Positions 12,221-25,058 of a stretch of DNA of 36,618 nucleotides are shown here, in pieces. Below the pieces are notes generated by a model. It saw only the letters and a list, made by a program, of their open reading frames with translations, was not told the DNA's origin and ran no database searches. The stretch lies in the NCBI GenBank assembly GCA_910592345.1, contig CAJVPI010000287.1, forward strand, positions 1 to 36,618, in the 5' to 3' direction. Position numbers and translations under genes: made by a program. This DNA is from Paraglomus brasilianum (taxonomy: Eukaryota). Position 1 is the stretch's first letter; each line of letters opens with the position of its first letter.

Positions 12221-13512
12221 ATGTCCGCAGGGTGGCTCGAATCCTTCTTTACAGCTGTGGGCCTACCAAAACTCGCATACCACTGGCAGGCTCTTCTCTT
12301 TGCAACGCTAGCATGCAACTTTACAGTAGGCTTTTCTCGCATAATATCTCCAATCCTGTTCCCAAAGACTTACAAACAACTCAGTGATCTAAAACGGCTC
12401 AGTTGGGATATACATGTCGTAAGCCTGGTGCACTCTGTAGCGATAACTGCACTATCCGCTCCCCTATTATTTGATGAAACGTTGCTGAAAGATAAAGTGT
12501 TTGGTTATGATGAATATGCTGGAAATGTGTATGCTATAGCTTGCGGGTAAGTAACAATTCATGTATGGAGAATGAGAGCAACCAAAAAGTTTAGCTTTTG
12601 CAGTCAATGGTATTTCTAAATGGCCAAGCCAACTAATCTTGGGACCATGTAATACAATACGATTATCCCGAAAACTTGTTAATCGATAAATTTGGCTAAT
12701 GTTTTGGATTATATTTACAGATATTTCCTTTGGGATTCTCTTGTGAGCTTATATTATGTCAAAGCGTTTGGCGTGGGGTTCGTTGTGCATGGTGCTTCTT
12801 GCTTTGGCGTTTACCTTTTCGCTTACGTGAGTGAATCTTGACTTTTAACTGGGCTGAATCGTGTACGCATCAATTTCTCACTCTGCGATTTTTTTAGCGA
12901 CCCTTTCTTAATTATTATGGTGCGGCGTTCCTAATGTTTGAGTTGTCGACGCCGTTCCTCAACTTGCATTGGTTTATGGTAATTTATGGTCATGATTATT
13001 TGCTTTGTACCTTTACGTTGACGTCTGATTCGCTGCTGTCTAAATTTAGGACAAAGTAGGAGCAACTGGTTCTTTGTTGCAGGTGATCAATGGCATATTG
13101 CTACTCTCTGTATTCTTTTTCGTACGAATAGTGTGGGGGATCTATATGTCTTATCAAACATTACGTATGTATAGTCGATTGCGGTTTTTATCAGTTCTTC
13201 CGTAACACCAGTTATTGGCTATGTCCTAACAATGTCCATTTACTTTTAATCCTTACGTGCACGGTTGTTTTATCAGTCACGGTATTGCCAGTTATCGACC
13301 GAGTTCCGATATTTCTTCAAGTTATTTATGGTGGTGCCAATGTCATCTTAAATACATTGAATGTTTTCTGGTTCTTCAAGATGTTAAATTCAGCATCACG
13401 ACGGTTCCCAAAGAGTGGGCAACCAATACCACCTAAAGCAGACATCAAAGACACAATATCGTCAGGAGAAAGTTGGGAAGATTTCAAGACCAATGGGAAA
13501 AAGAATGACTAG
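12221..13512 (+). CDS. TLC (TRAM/LAG1/CLN8) domain membrane protein, Tda4/TLCD4(TMEM56)-like; 5 exons
   Basis: WDIHVVSLVHS, ACG|YFLWD, GFVVHG, RPFLNYYGAAFLMFELSTPFLNLHWFM|DK, NGILLLSVFFFVRIVWG, LNTLNVFWFFKM. The C-terminal KKND is a dilysine ER-retrieval motif. Confidence 0.88.
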
Positions 13513-14803
13513 AGTTTAAGAGAAGCGAGCAAAATTGCAGTTAGTATTTTCTGAAGGGTTTTTCATTTCGAATAACCAACCGTGTTTTCCTTAACAATAA
13601 GCAGCATTAGAAAAGTAGCAAGATAAGCTCCCATATTGGGCAGCCTTTATAACAAATTGCTTAATTAAATAAGTGTATTCCGTTGCTATATTTTATCTCT
13701 TAGCTATCATTTGTTTTAGCTCGCAGAGTCTAGCATGCTTGCGGTGTATTATAGAAAGTTTAGATGATATTAATTGTGGGATGTTAACATGGATCACAAC
13801 GAGTTGTCAATATCAACAGAAGAAACATGTGATAACTAATAAATGATACTTTATTCCCAAATTTCCCGCGTGATTTTATCTAAATGACTTCTCTTTTGCA
13901 AATTACTTTGAATATAGTTTGTCTTCTTTGCTTAAATTCTCGGCAGTCTTTCGGTTGTTTGTAAAAACAAAAGAATACCCACTCTTCACTGGATTCTGCC
14001 AGAGGGGTGTAAAAATCTCTTTGGCAATAACACAACTACATGGCTCGTTCGTTGTAAGCTTTGGAACACTAGTTGTCTTTGTCAATTCAGTATTTTCTGG
14101 TGAGAAGATATTCTATGTTTTACGAAACAAAAGGTCAATCAATTGATTTACGGTTTCAACAAGCAAATATAAGATATGTTTTGCAAATATTCAATTGACG
14201 ATGTTTTTTTATAATCCTCCAATATGCATTCAAAGTGCTGTAACTTCCTAACCATCAGACTCTCAAGTAGTGGATGACGTTCTTGATAACTCATTTTTCA
14301 CTCGAACATCCGAACTTAGCCTTCTATTCTTCACCAGCGAAAGAATGTCCTCCAGTCAATTATTCATAATTAGATGACCAGCCCTGAGGACGATTTCCTC
14401 CATACTGTATTTGCATGATTAAAAGACTTTCCCCCGAAAACCAGTCTCTACTTAATATCTTTTGCGGTTCCTATTTCAATTTCACCAGCGTTAAGGAACA
14501 CCGATTCTCCGTTATTTGTAAAGATTTCCGTATGACACGACCCTACCAATATTCAATATCCTAAGTCCATAATAAATATATACCATATAATTACAGAACT
14601 GTTATAACATTCCTTCCAAGCGTGTAATATCAAATTTTAATTTAAGAGAAAGTCACGGGTATGCATTTTAATTTGGTTCGTCCTAATATGGATATAGATT
14701 GACGTAGAACTTGTATCAACTACAACGTGAATATCAACTGCTAAACGATAATCGATTCAACTCTTATCCTAAGCGTTCAACCATTTATCTCGGTATTCCA
14801 ATA

Positions 14804-16881
14804 ATGCAACGACAACCGAAATGGGGTAACCTATAGCTTTACAGAACTATTTCTTTAAATTCCATCGTTTGCTATAGTCACTTGTCGTAATAACAGATAT
14901 TGCCGACACGAATATTGCCTACCTTGGCTCCAAGTTTGATAAAGATGCTCGCTATCAAGCAAGTAAAACTGAGCAAGCATGGGCTGATCCCAATTTGGGT
15001 ATTGGAAATGTAGAGTAAGTATGAATTCGTTATCGGCAGTTCGTTTAAGGCTAAGGTCTTTATTATTGTTTGGCGATGTGAGCAATGGATGGAATTTTGA
15101 ACGGAATTATTAGTGCCCTAAACTCGCACGATTCGAATGCGCACAGTGGTTTGCTAATCTGCTAGAACAACATTAACAACAAATTTTGTTCTAATATCTG
15201 GATTATTCACATTTCTATTTGTAATTTAGGGGACTTTGGGTCTGGCGAGTGGAAAAGTTCGAGATCAAGCCATGGCCCAGGGATAAGTACGGAAGATTCT
15301 ACTCCGGTATGAACGGGTTCTTATTTGGTGTCAATATTGGAAAAAGAGTTACAAGATGTTTGGCTAACGTAAATGAATACCCTGTGTAGGTGATAGCTAT
15401 ATAATACTGCACGTAAGCGTGTCTCTTTCCTACTTTATCTTATAATATTTCTTTGTGTAACACAATAATGCATTTAGACGTATAAAAAAGATCCAAACAA
15501 CGAAGCGCTTTCGCATGATATTCATTTCTGGCTTGGTTTGGACAGCAGTCAGGTATACTAATTGTTCGCGTTGAACTTTGAAGTGGTGATAAATGGCCGC
15601 ATTAGCTATAGTAGTAACAGACAAATTCTGAGTAGGACGAAATCGGTACAGCCGCATACAAGACAGTCGAGTTGGATGATTGTATATATCTCGTTCTGAT
15701 TGTGGTTGTTATCATTGTTGTTGACTTTAATTGAATCCAATTTGTTTGATTTGCTTATGAATTCTCTTATTATTAGTCCTCGGTACTGCACCAGTACAAC
15801 ATCGTGAAGTAAGCCTCTCTCTATAGCCTGCATTCTATCTACCAGTTGGTTTACATGCTCTTTTTCACACTGCTACTACATTGGTTTTTCTTAAGGTCCA
15901 AGGATACGAATCCAGACTCTTTCTTTCTTATTTCAGACGCCTTCAAGTGGAGGACGGTGGCATTGGATCTGGCTTCCACGTAGTCGAACACAAGTCGTAC
16001 CGCCATCGTCTGCTTAAGATTAAGCTCATAAATCGATCTATCGTTATTCGAGAAGTGCCCAAGGATTATACCTCACTAAACTCCGGTGATGTTTTTGTAT
16101 TAGACGCGGGTACAGTGTTATACCAGTTGATTGGGAAGAACGCGCAAGGAGTAGAAAAAGTAAAAGCCGCCGAGTTTGTGCAGGCTTTGGAGAGTGAGAG
16201 GAATGGATTGGCGCGTACGATCGTAATCGGTAGGTATTAATAATTGTAGTATTGTTGTGAACGATATTTGATCGTTCATCGATCAGTCGATCTGTATTTA
16301 TTTAGATGAGGGCGATCGGGAGATGCCCAAATTCTGGGAAGCGCTTGGAAGCAAAGGCCCTATCAAGGCGGCTTCTGAGGATTTGGATACTAGTGTTCAA
16401 GCTCAAGAGAAGAGGCTATTCCGGTAGGTGGTTATGAGCAAGTTATATAAACATAGTCTTTAGATGACAGTTGATCCAACGGTCTTTATTCGCAGAGTGA
16501 GTGATGCTTCTGGAGAGCTGAAATTCACAGAAGAGGCTCAAGGAAGAATAAATAAATCAATGTTTGATTCAAATGATGCTTTCGTCTTTGATGCCGGACA
16601 TGAAGGTCAGTGGATCTCGTATTATCATTTGATTGGTATACTAAATCAAGTTGCATATCATGTTGGCACTTGTATTAATCTCTATTGTGCTCTTGTCAGT
16701 GTTCGTATGGGTTGGAAGTAAAGCCACTGTCAAGGAAAGAAGATTTGCGCTTCAGTATGCCCAGCATTATATTAAGCAGTATCATAGACCACCGTACACA
16801 CCTATCACACGTGTGATAGAAGGTGGTGAGAATGAAACTTTTGAGAAGAGCTTGGAGATTGTTGGCCAAGAAGCTATTTAG
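14804..16881 (+). CDS. Three-domain gelsolin-family actin-severing protein (fragmin/severin-like), about 11 exons
   Basis: MQRQPKW|DIADTNIAYLGSKFDKDARYQASKTEQAW...GLWVWRVEKFEIKPWPRDKYGRFYS|GDSYIILH|TY...HDIHFWLGLDSSQ|DEIGTAAYKTVELDD|FLGTAPVQHRE|VQGYESRLFLSYF...SLNSGDVFVLDAG...RVSDASGELKF...FDSNDAFVFDAGHE|VFVWVG...TRVIEGGENETFEKSL. Confidence 0.93.
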
Positions 16882-17400
16882 TGTTACCGAATATGCCATG
16901 TCGTATCATGATTATTTTATAGTTGTAGTCAGTCGACAATCGAAATGTTTTATATGGCTTCTTTCTTTGAGTAGTTCTATCATTTATGATCATTCCAGAC
17001 CTCACAGATATTATGGTTATTAGAATTGGACCGCATACATTCTAATGATATTGTTCAACAAGTGGATAATTCGTCAGGTAGATTGTCTTTATAATGGAAT
17101 GACAAACCACTCCGTATAATGTGCTTCTGAAAAGAAATTTTTTATGCGATTTCAACAATGCGCGAATTCGAATTGCACAAAATTACATAAAAATATTTAT
17201 TCTTCGTTTCATAGACGCATCGCGTGTATGAAAGAATATCATTCGACGAACACCCCACAACCTTTGCGTTCTTATTCTTCCTACAATATAAATCATACAT
17301 CAGACAAAAACGATAAATAAAATATGCTAACGTACCACGCCTCTGCCACTCAATGCCCTCAGTGAAATATTAAATGCTGTCAAGGGTTGCTTACTAATGG

Positions 17401-17468
17401 AATATTCATGTGCATCAAAAGACGCTTAAAAATTAATATTCATGTGCATCAAGAGACGCTTAAAAATT
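17401..17468. repeat. 34-bp tandem duplication
   Basis: AATATTCATGTGCATCAA[A/G]AGACGCTTAAAAATT twice, one mismatch. Confidence 0.92.
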
Positions 17469-17839
17469 TGACCTTCAAAAAAAAAAATCAACTTCAGTGT
17501 GCGGCGCGTGAAGTTTTTTATGCTGATTATTCAGGTCACATAAACTCGACAGGCTATGAAAGTCAACGAAATAGCTTGTGAAGTGATAAAAAGAAAAGAG
17601 GCACTTCGGCAACCAACGAAGCTGATGAGGAATCTGTATGGTAATCCGATTTTACATTCTCCAGAAAGTAGTATAAAAAGAGGCACTCGAATTTGTTAAC
17701 CGCTGATCGAGAAAGCGTGGTGGCATGCCTTAACGCGACAAGTTCGGTATTCCTTTGTGGTATCAACACAGTTAGAATATATCCAACGTGATGCTGTACA
17801 CCAAACAACCGCTGGCCGGTATGCAATATGTATTAAGAC

Positions 17840-18586
17840 AGGGTGAATCAGTATGTTGAATTTTGTTTTGCAACGTCATATTGAAAGCAACAAAACTGGT
17901 AACGATATGGTAAGTCACGATATTAAATCCACGATCGAGATAGTTCTTTTGTCCCCTCTGTTCGTTGTCAAATGCAAGAAATAGAAGTCCTTCAGATAAC
18001 GGTTCTTCGTACGCCAATAGTTCTTCCAGCCAAGTCTGAAATCGATTGTAGCTTCCCGCACTCGTAATATGAGATTATCGATATATTGATAATCTTCTTC
18101 GATCGTGCAATTGAGTATTTAATAGCTGAGGCGGCAAGCTGAACTTCAGATACATACTTTCCATGTCGTGAGCCATATATTAAATCAACCGCGCGGCAAT
18201 TTTGAAAAGCTTCTCATGGCTCATGGGGGTATCGACGTCATAATCATTCTGAATCAGTGTTTCAATAAATTTAACAACGACCTGATTACGCTTATGGAGC
18301 CATTCACTCGGTGTGTATGTCATAAGATTCTCAATAGAAAACCTATTGCTATCTCTGATTAGTGATTCAACATCATCGTATACTGACATACGTTCTGCTT
18401 TTGCTATTTCAATAATAGCGTCGATATGTTTTGCTTGAGTTGCAAATCGCGACGCCATTGTTTAAGAAGGTCTTCATACAAATTTTGAATGACAGTAAGC
18501 TTTCTCTTCAACGCTTTAATTTCGCTGGTTGGGCGTTCCAATTTGGTTCCGAAGTCTTTTCGTCTTTACTCTGCATTCAGATTCTA
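17840..18586 (-). pseudogene. Frameshifted ORF of an uncharacterised, probably transposon-derived family
   Basis: Joinable fragments ...EIKALKRKLTVIQNLYEDLLKQW / ASRFATQAKHIDAIIEIAKAER...EKLFKIAA / YGSRHGKYVSEVQLAASAIKYSIARSKKII / SAGSYNRFQTWLEELLAYEEPLSEGLLFLAFDNEQRGQKNYLDRGFNIVTYHIVTSFVAF; several frameshifts. Confidence 0.6.
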
Positions 18587-19257
18587 TGGTGCAAGGCACC
18601 TATAGTCATCAAAAATGTAGATCAGTCCGAAATTTTCAAATGTCGATATTCACGTGATATTATCAAATTCTTAAATTTTATTGGCTAACATATATATATG
18701 AAATTCGGTGATATTTATCGGCGATAATGATTCTTTAAGCCATTAGCGAAACATTATTAGGTAATCATTTGCCCCACATTCCATCGCTAACATTTAGTTC
18801 GTTAAATTCATTTACTTCAGTATCGTAATCAGCTATAACCGGAGCGATGTGATGTTTCTTTTTGGATGTATATCGTCCTTTCGTATCTCTAGATTGGTCG
18901 TTGGCTTTTCTTTTTCCTTTGGAATGAAGAGGCATTTTTTTTACTAATTGATTTTTTACGCGATGTGATATTAATCTATAATAATGGAATTTGCTATTCT
19001 AAGTCACGTGATTTCAAAGATTTTTTTGATCAAATTCCGAATGATGGGCGTCCGAAATTCGAAGATTAATAATAAAAGCGTCCGGCTTTAATCCCTAATA
19101 ACTTTTTATAATATAATGTAATTAAAAAAACTAAACCGTAAATCTGAAAGAGAATCGTTAGATCTATCGTTTTTACGGTTTACATTTTTAATATTGTTTA
19201 AATTGGTGGTTTTAAAGTTGCATGAATTTGTTTGATGACTATAGGTGCATTGCACCA
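18587..19257 (-). mobile_element. 671-bp non-autonomous TIR element flanked by TA, inserted in the decayed ORF above
   Basis: 18583-18613 TCTATGGTGCAAGGCACCTATAGTCATCAAA versus the reverse complement of 19231-19261, TCTATGGTGCAATGCACCTATAGTCATCAAA (30/31 identical). TA at 18585-86 and 19258-59. Internal basic ORF stub from ATG 18935(-): MPLHSKGKRKANDQSRDTKGRYTSKKK. Confidence 0.78.
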
Positions 19258-20999
19258 TAGAGCTAAGAAAATATCCGTGAAAAGTTTTGATTCAATGAGT
19301 AGCGGAAAAAAAGGTTTCTGATTTCAGCTTTTTATTCTCCATAAGCAAAATCTCGATATTTGAGTTTACTTCATCCAGAAAATATCGCGGGATGCGTTGC
19401 GAAAGTAAATTACAGTCCGCGAAAAAGGCTTTGGAATAACGTTTTATTAGTTGTGCAGCGAGAAATGGTCAGACAAACGTAAAATTTTACTGATATCAAA
19501 AGTTTTACGCATTGCTACTATTGTTAGACGGCATGCTATGATGATGCAAATTAATATAAGCGCTTTTCTCATTCTCCCAGAATTATTCTACAAAAGACCT
19601 TACGTGCAACTGTCAGCTTTTTTATTGACCCTTTTTCAGCCTGTGTCTTTAAAATTTGCCACAATTACAATTTTCGACCGGATTAAGATCTAGACCATTT
19701 GACAAGATGACAATGAGAGTGTTTGTGCCTACCAGAACGCGATTTAGAATCCAGACATTCCTAATTTTAAGTTTTGATATAAATGTTTACTGTAGAAAGC
19801 GAAATTTCTAGACATCTCGAGTACCGTTCGCCCAGAGTGGTTATAATTTTCGACGTTGGCCAATATAATCGAGGTTTTCGGATCGGCAGGGTAATTCTAC
19901 AAACCGAAGGAAACTACGTGTATATATTTGTATTAACCAAGGAATAGTAAATAATTCTTTATTCAAACTAACTGATTAAATAGCCTGTTACTTCAGATTA
20001 GACTCTACGAAGTACATCATATTGACATCTCAAGAATATGAAAGTATTGTTAAGTCATTATGAGATAAGCGTATAAAGGTAGATATGGAACTGGATGTTA
20101 TTTAGATCGAGATACAACATAACTTTACAGAAACTTGCATTTTTTAAAAAGGTCTCGATGAGATTTGCAGGACGTTGTGCTGATAACCATGTGACATTTA
20201 CAATCAGAAAATATTGCAAACATCTCGTCGTGATGTCACCAACAAATTGGCGATCTTGTCATGAGATTCTGCTAGATTGTTCAACTTCGTAAAATTTCCA
20301 TGCATCCCCGAAATCTCGTGGGCACATCTTCACGATACACTAAAATTAGAATCCTCATGGCGATCTAATTACGTGATGCCTGTTAGATAGTGGTGATTTT
20401 ATTCTGATGTCACAGAGAGATTTATAAAAACTACAGGTTTCTGTAAAGAAGCCATGCTAGCTCTACCAATAAAGACCATTGGAATCATCAAAAGTCAGAA
20501 CTATTCTGCTATTGATCATTACACGATTTGAATTGACTTATATTATACTATTTCAGAGCTTGATCACTTGATTACCTCTGGCAAGAAAATACTAACCGGT
20601 GGCTATTTTCAATCAGTTTACTTTCCAAAAACCATTAACAGATGAGTCGTGATATTTTATAAAAAACAAAACTGGAAAAGATTGATTCTTTTAAGGGAAC
20701 ACGTTATTGAAAGGTCAGCCAACCAAATCCCGTTCAAATGGTATTAGGAGCAATCCTTTATTTAACTTTGAAATATAGTTTTGAAAATAGCAATTACTTC
20801 GATTTTGACAATTCCAGTATTCTGTCCTATATGCAAATGTTTGAGGACTTGTCAGAATTCAATCCACAAAGGCACAAGTTAAACTTTTAACAATGCACAA
20901 ATCATGTCATATAATACACACAATCAATTGTATTTAATTACCAGGAGTTGTTGGACTTGGAATTTCCAGAGCATTCATCTTTTAATGACAGCCGTATAA

Positions 21000-22380
21000 C
21001 TATTCCTTACCTTTCTCTGGCAGAAACCGGTTAATAACTATTTCTTTGACAGTATACATTTTGGCACATTCAGGTGAATGTATGGGTAGAACATCATTTG
21101 AATCAGGAATTATAACATGACAAAGCACTATAGTCTTGTACCAAAGAACGTGGTTATTTTTGTTGGCTCAAATACAATAAATAACAATATTTATTGCGGA
21201 CTGACCTTTCTAACCGAACCACATACTCTGCTCAAACTCATTATAGATTGCCACAACTTTAGTGGGGCTTCTGAATTCGATGATTTTGTTTCAGGCGTAT
21301 CATGAACTGGCACGATCACGACGGCATACCTGAGTCGATTAATGCCAGTTAAGTATATTACATCTAACGATTTTTCCTTGATAGAGCTCCTACTTACTGT
21401 GAATGATTAAACGGTGGGCCCTTTTCATATAGCACTAACAGAAAAAGAAAATTAGAAGGATTTCTTATATACAATGGAACGTCTGTGTGGTAATATCTTA
21501 CAATAATCGACACCATATTTTGTTCCGTCTTTTACTACCCATCCGAGACTGCGAAAATAATGATAGACCGTGTAATAAATTATAAAGGAATTGTTCCAGT
21601 TGATATCCAAATTCGACTGTTGTTCTGCAGTATCAGTAGGGGGAGCTCTGTGACCTGCAAGGCAGAATTCCGTCCAGCATTCTTCTATACTAAGCAGCCT
21701 CTACAGAGACACATACCATCAAGTTTAACACTTTTTTTAACTACGATTAAGTGATACTCAGTAAATTACAAAACCTTGTTGGTGTCGTATATATCTAGAA
21801 TTCCAAGACCATATAGCAAGAACATTGCTTCTTCCAGATGTAACTGAAGACGCTCCATTGTTGACAGGTCTACGATTTCGACTGCTGAACCTTGGACATC
21901 TTCAACAACAGTCGACGTTCCTTCATTTGCAAATATGCCGGGTAATTTGCTATCATTCTTGACTAACTGACCTCCGACGACATTGCGGGACACAACTCAA
22001 TGTTATACAAGGCTTTCGTCAGAATTCGTTTTGAAAAATAGACCTCCAAATCAAGTGTAACCATTTTGTCTCTTATTACCTCTCTTACTTTTCTCGTAAC
22101 CAAAAGCCCAGAGTGGTTCACTCCGCGAGAGAGTACCCTTACCAAAAAATCCTTGTCGCCAAAGAATGTCGATATCTTCCTGCTTGGATACCCAAACGGA
22201 TCTTGATGCACGATCGAAGATTCCATAAGGCTTGCTCGACCAAAAAAAGCTTGTCAGATACCTGAAAGCAGCTGTAACGCCATGGTCAATATAAACTGGG
22301 AGTGGAATTGCTTGTTGCTGCAATTTTTTTTTGATAGTATTTTTCCGGTTGGTAGGACGTCTCGCAAAGCCTTCGCTCAT
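21000..22380 (-). CDS. SEN2: tRNA-splicing endonuclease catalytic subunit Sen2, about 6 exons
   Basis: LWRQGFFGKGTLSRSEP, ERLQLHLEEAMFLLYGLGIL, YTVYHYFRSLGWVVKDGTKYGVDY|LLYEKGPPFNHS|QYAV, SLSRVCGSVRK|TIVLCHV, RFLPEKGKE*. The Tyr/His/Lys catalytic triad is present. The acceptor of intron 1 is uncertain. Confidence 0.92.
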
Positions 22381-22857
22381 GATTACCGAACACTTGGATC
22401 ATCAAAACATTGTTAAAAAATATAACCTTTAGGACTTGTTATTGCCTAATTTAGACTTTGCTTAATGTGGAGCATGCGATAATATCATCTAGAGCGTTAA
22501 GAGCCATATTAATATAGTCACTCACATGGGTTTGACCTACTGTATATTAAGAAAGTCATTATTAGAAAATTTACGATATACTGTACGTCTAACTACATTT
22601 ATAAGGTTGACAATTTATTTATATGATTTGGCGTTGTTTACATACTAACACGCAACAATAACACATTAAATTTGAGACACTTATTATGTGTGATTTGTGC
22701 AATCGATAACTTTTGGGTATGCAATATCTTGACCAGATAGTGTAAAACTTGTACACAAGTCGTGTCTAAATAATTTAATTTAATCTATAATATTATGAAA
22801 CCAATAATTACGGTCAATTGACATTAATATTGCAAAGTGTCCGGTCTAATAAGTATT

Positions 22858-24882
22858 CTATTGTATACAACAATCTTTATCTTTCTTCTCCTTTTTACCG
22901 TTGATTTTCTGATTCTTTAATTTTTCCTCATGCTCACGTCGAGTAATAGTTCCTCCACGTCCAAGACGTCTTTGAGCATCTACATTTCCATGAGTAGCAG
23001 CCTATTTAAAATGAATTTGATCAGATAAAAGCCATTGATGACATAACAAATAATCACAGAAACCTACATTATTATACCATGCATTAGCTTTTTGCAAATC
23101 CTCCGGTACAAAAACTCCAACTTCATGGAAATATCCCATTGCAAATTCTGCAGCGGGTAATCCTTTAGAGGCTGCTTTCTCAGCATTTTGGTATGCTAAT
23201 GCTTCATTCTGTTCGAAATACCCCTCAGCACCACAGAGATACCATTTACACAGTGCCATATTGGCCTCGACCTCTCCCTTTTCAGCTGCACGCTCATAAT
23301 ATTGCACTGACGTTGTTGGATCAAATTGGCATCCCAAAGAACCAAATTCATGGCATACTCCCATTTTATGTAAGGCAGGAGGATAACCCAAATGTGCGGC
23401 ACGCTGGATGAATTCTCTAGCTGCATCTTCGTCAGGTGTTACCAAATCATCTGGTACCTTTATTGCATTCCATTCTTTAGCCAACATCATACCGTATATG
23501 TATGCTCCCTCAGGACAGTCCTCATTAGCCTTTGCCGCTGCTTGTTTAAGATATATTAACGCCTGTTTATAATCCACATCTTGCTTTAAACCACCAGTCA
23601 TATAGACAAGTGCCATTCTCTAGAACAAATCAACGAATACGTTAATTGGGAATATTGATGCTCGCTCGAATATAGGAAGGTTACAAAGATATAATAATAT
23701 AAACATTCCCCTAACATCATTGTAAGGACATACCGTTAATGCATTGGGATCTCCCAGGGATGCCGCCTTCTTGTAGAATTGACATGCTCTTAGATGATCC
23801 TTCTTTTTTTCGTAGTTCTCGGCTAATTTGTAATTCGCTTTCGCATGATCTTGTATGGACGCACTTCTATAACATCTTAATGCTTTGTCATGATTTCGCT
23901 CTTTTTTAAATATTCCCTTTTCATGCCATGTACCTTTAATATACAATGCCTCGGCATAGTTCGTTTTAGCTAGTTTATCTATCCAATAAATGGCTTCATC
24001 CACTAATTTGTCATACGTCGCTGGCTGGTTGGCATTTAAGTTCTTGACACTGTTAGGATTATTCGGCTGATAAGATTCGGACATTTCTATCAGGAATTTA
24101 GCATAATCAGCCTGTACTTTTGGATCATTCGTCTTACGCGCAGCATCTCGATAACGTTCTAATGCGGCTTCATCACTGGCCAGTGTGAACGATATGGTTG
24201 TCATCCGACGAGCATTCTTCTCGTCAATCGCTAATCTGAGGCCGGGAACGTATGATGCACGACCAGGATTTGGCGAATACACCGATATTCGACTATTGGG
24301 ATCAGGTGATGATCGAGGTGAATGCCAACTTAAGCGATTGCCAGCCAAGGCAGGGGGAAGAGGCGTTCCGTCTGGACCAACCGGAACGCCATCAGGTCCA
24401 AACCCTATCGCAGCAGAGGGGGAGGACGACCGGCTATGTCCGGGAGAATAAGAGCGAGGACGCTGAGGTTGTAGATGCCCATTATTGGGACTACTTGATA
24501 ATGACCTTGATCCACCTGAAAGCAAATTATTTGGCTTATTAAACTCGTTGTCTGTCGGGAGCCCGAGATTATTTCCAGGGTTAGGGGGGCCAGACCAAGA
24601 CCGAATTTGAGAAGATTGAGTAGATACTCCGTTATTGTTGAGCTGATATTGATTATCGTATGGTGAAGTTACAGTAATCTGGGCTTTTTGTGCAGCGTCC
24701 TGTGAATTAGATTGAGAATATGAGGGTTGCCCAACCTGTATGTTTCCCAATTTTAAGTAGGGATCATTTAAATTTTCTTGTTGCATTGTTACAAAATCTC
24801 TTTGCTGTTGATTACCCTGCTGTGGGAAGTATTGTTGCGGTTGATTATAATCCACTACATAATACTGCTGCTGTGGTAGTAT

Positions 24883-24946
<64 letters not shown>

Positions 24947-25008
24947 CGTTGTTGTCGTTGTTGTTGCTGTTGCTGCACTTGTCGTTGTTGCTGCTGTTGC
25001 TGCAGCAG

Positions 25009-25058
<50 letters not shown>

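Noticed and set aside
19411..19440. TA-CAGTCCGCGAAAAAGG, resembling a Tc1/mariner terminus
   Set aside because: No matching inverted partner or transposase found in the window.
21600..21710. Apparent frameshift in a SEN2 exon
   Set aside because: Recounting the G5 run gives a continuous frame (GHRAPPTDTAEQQ).
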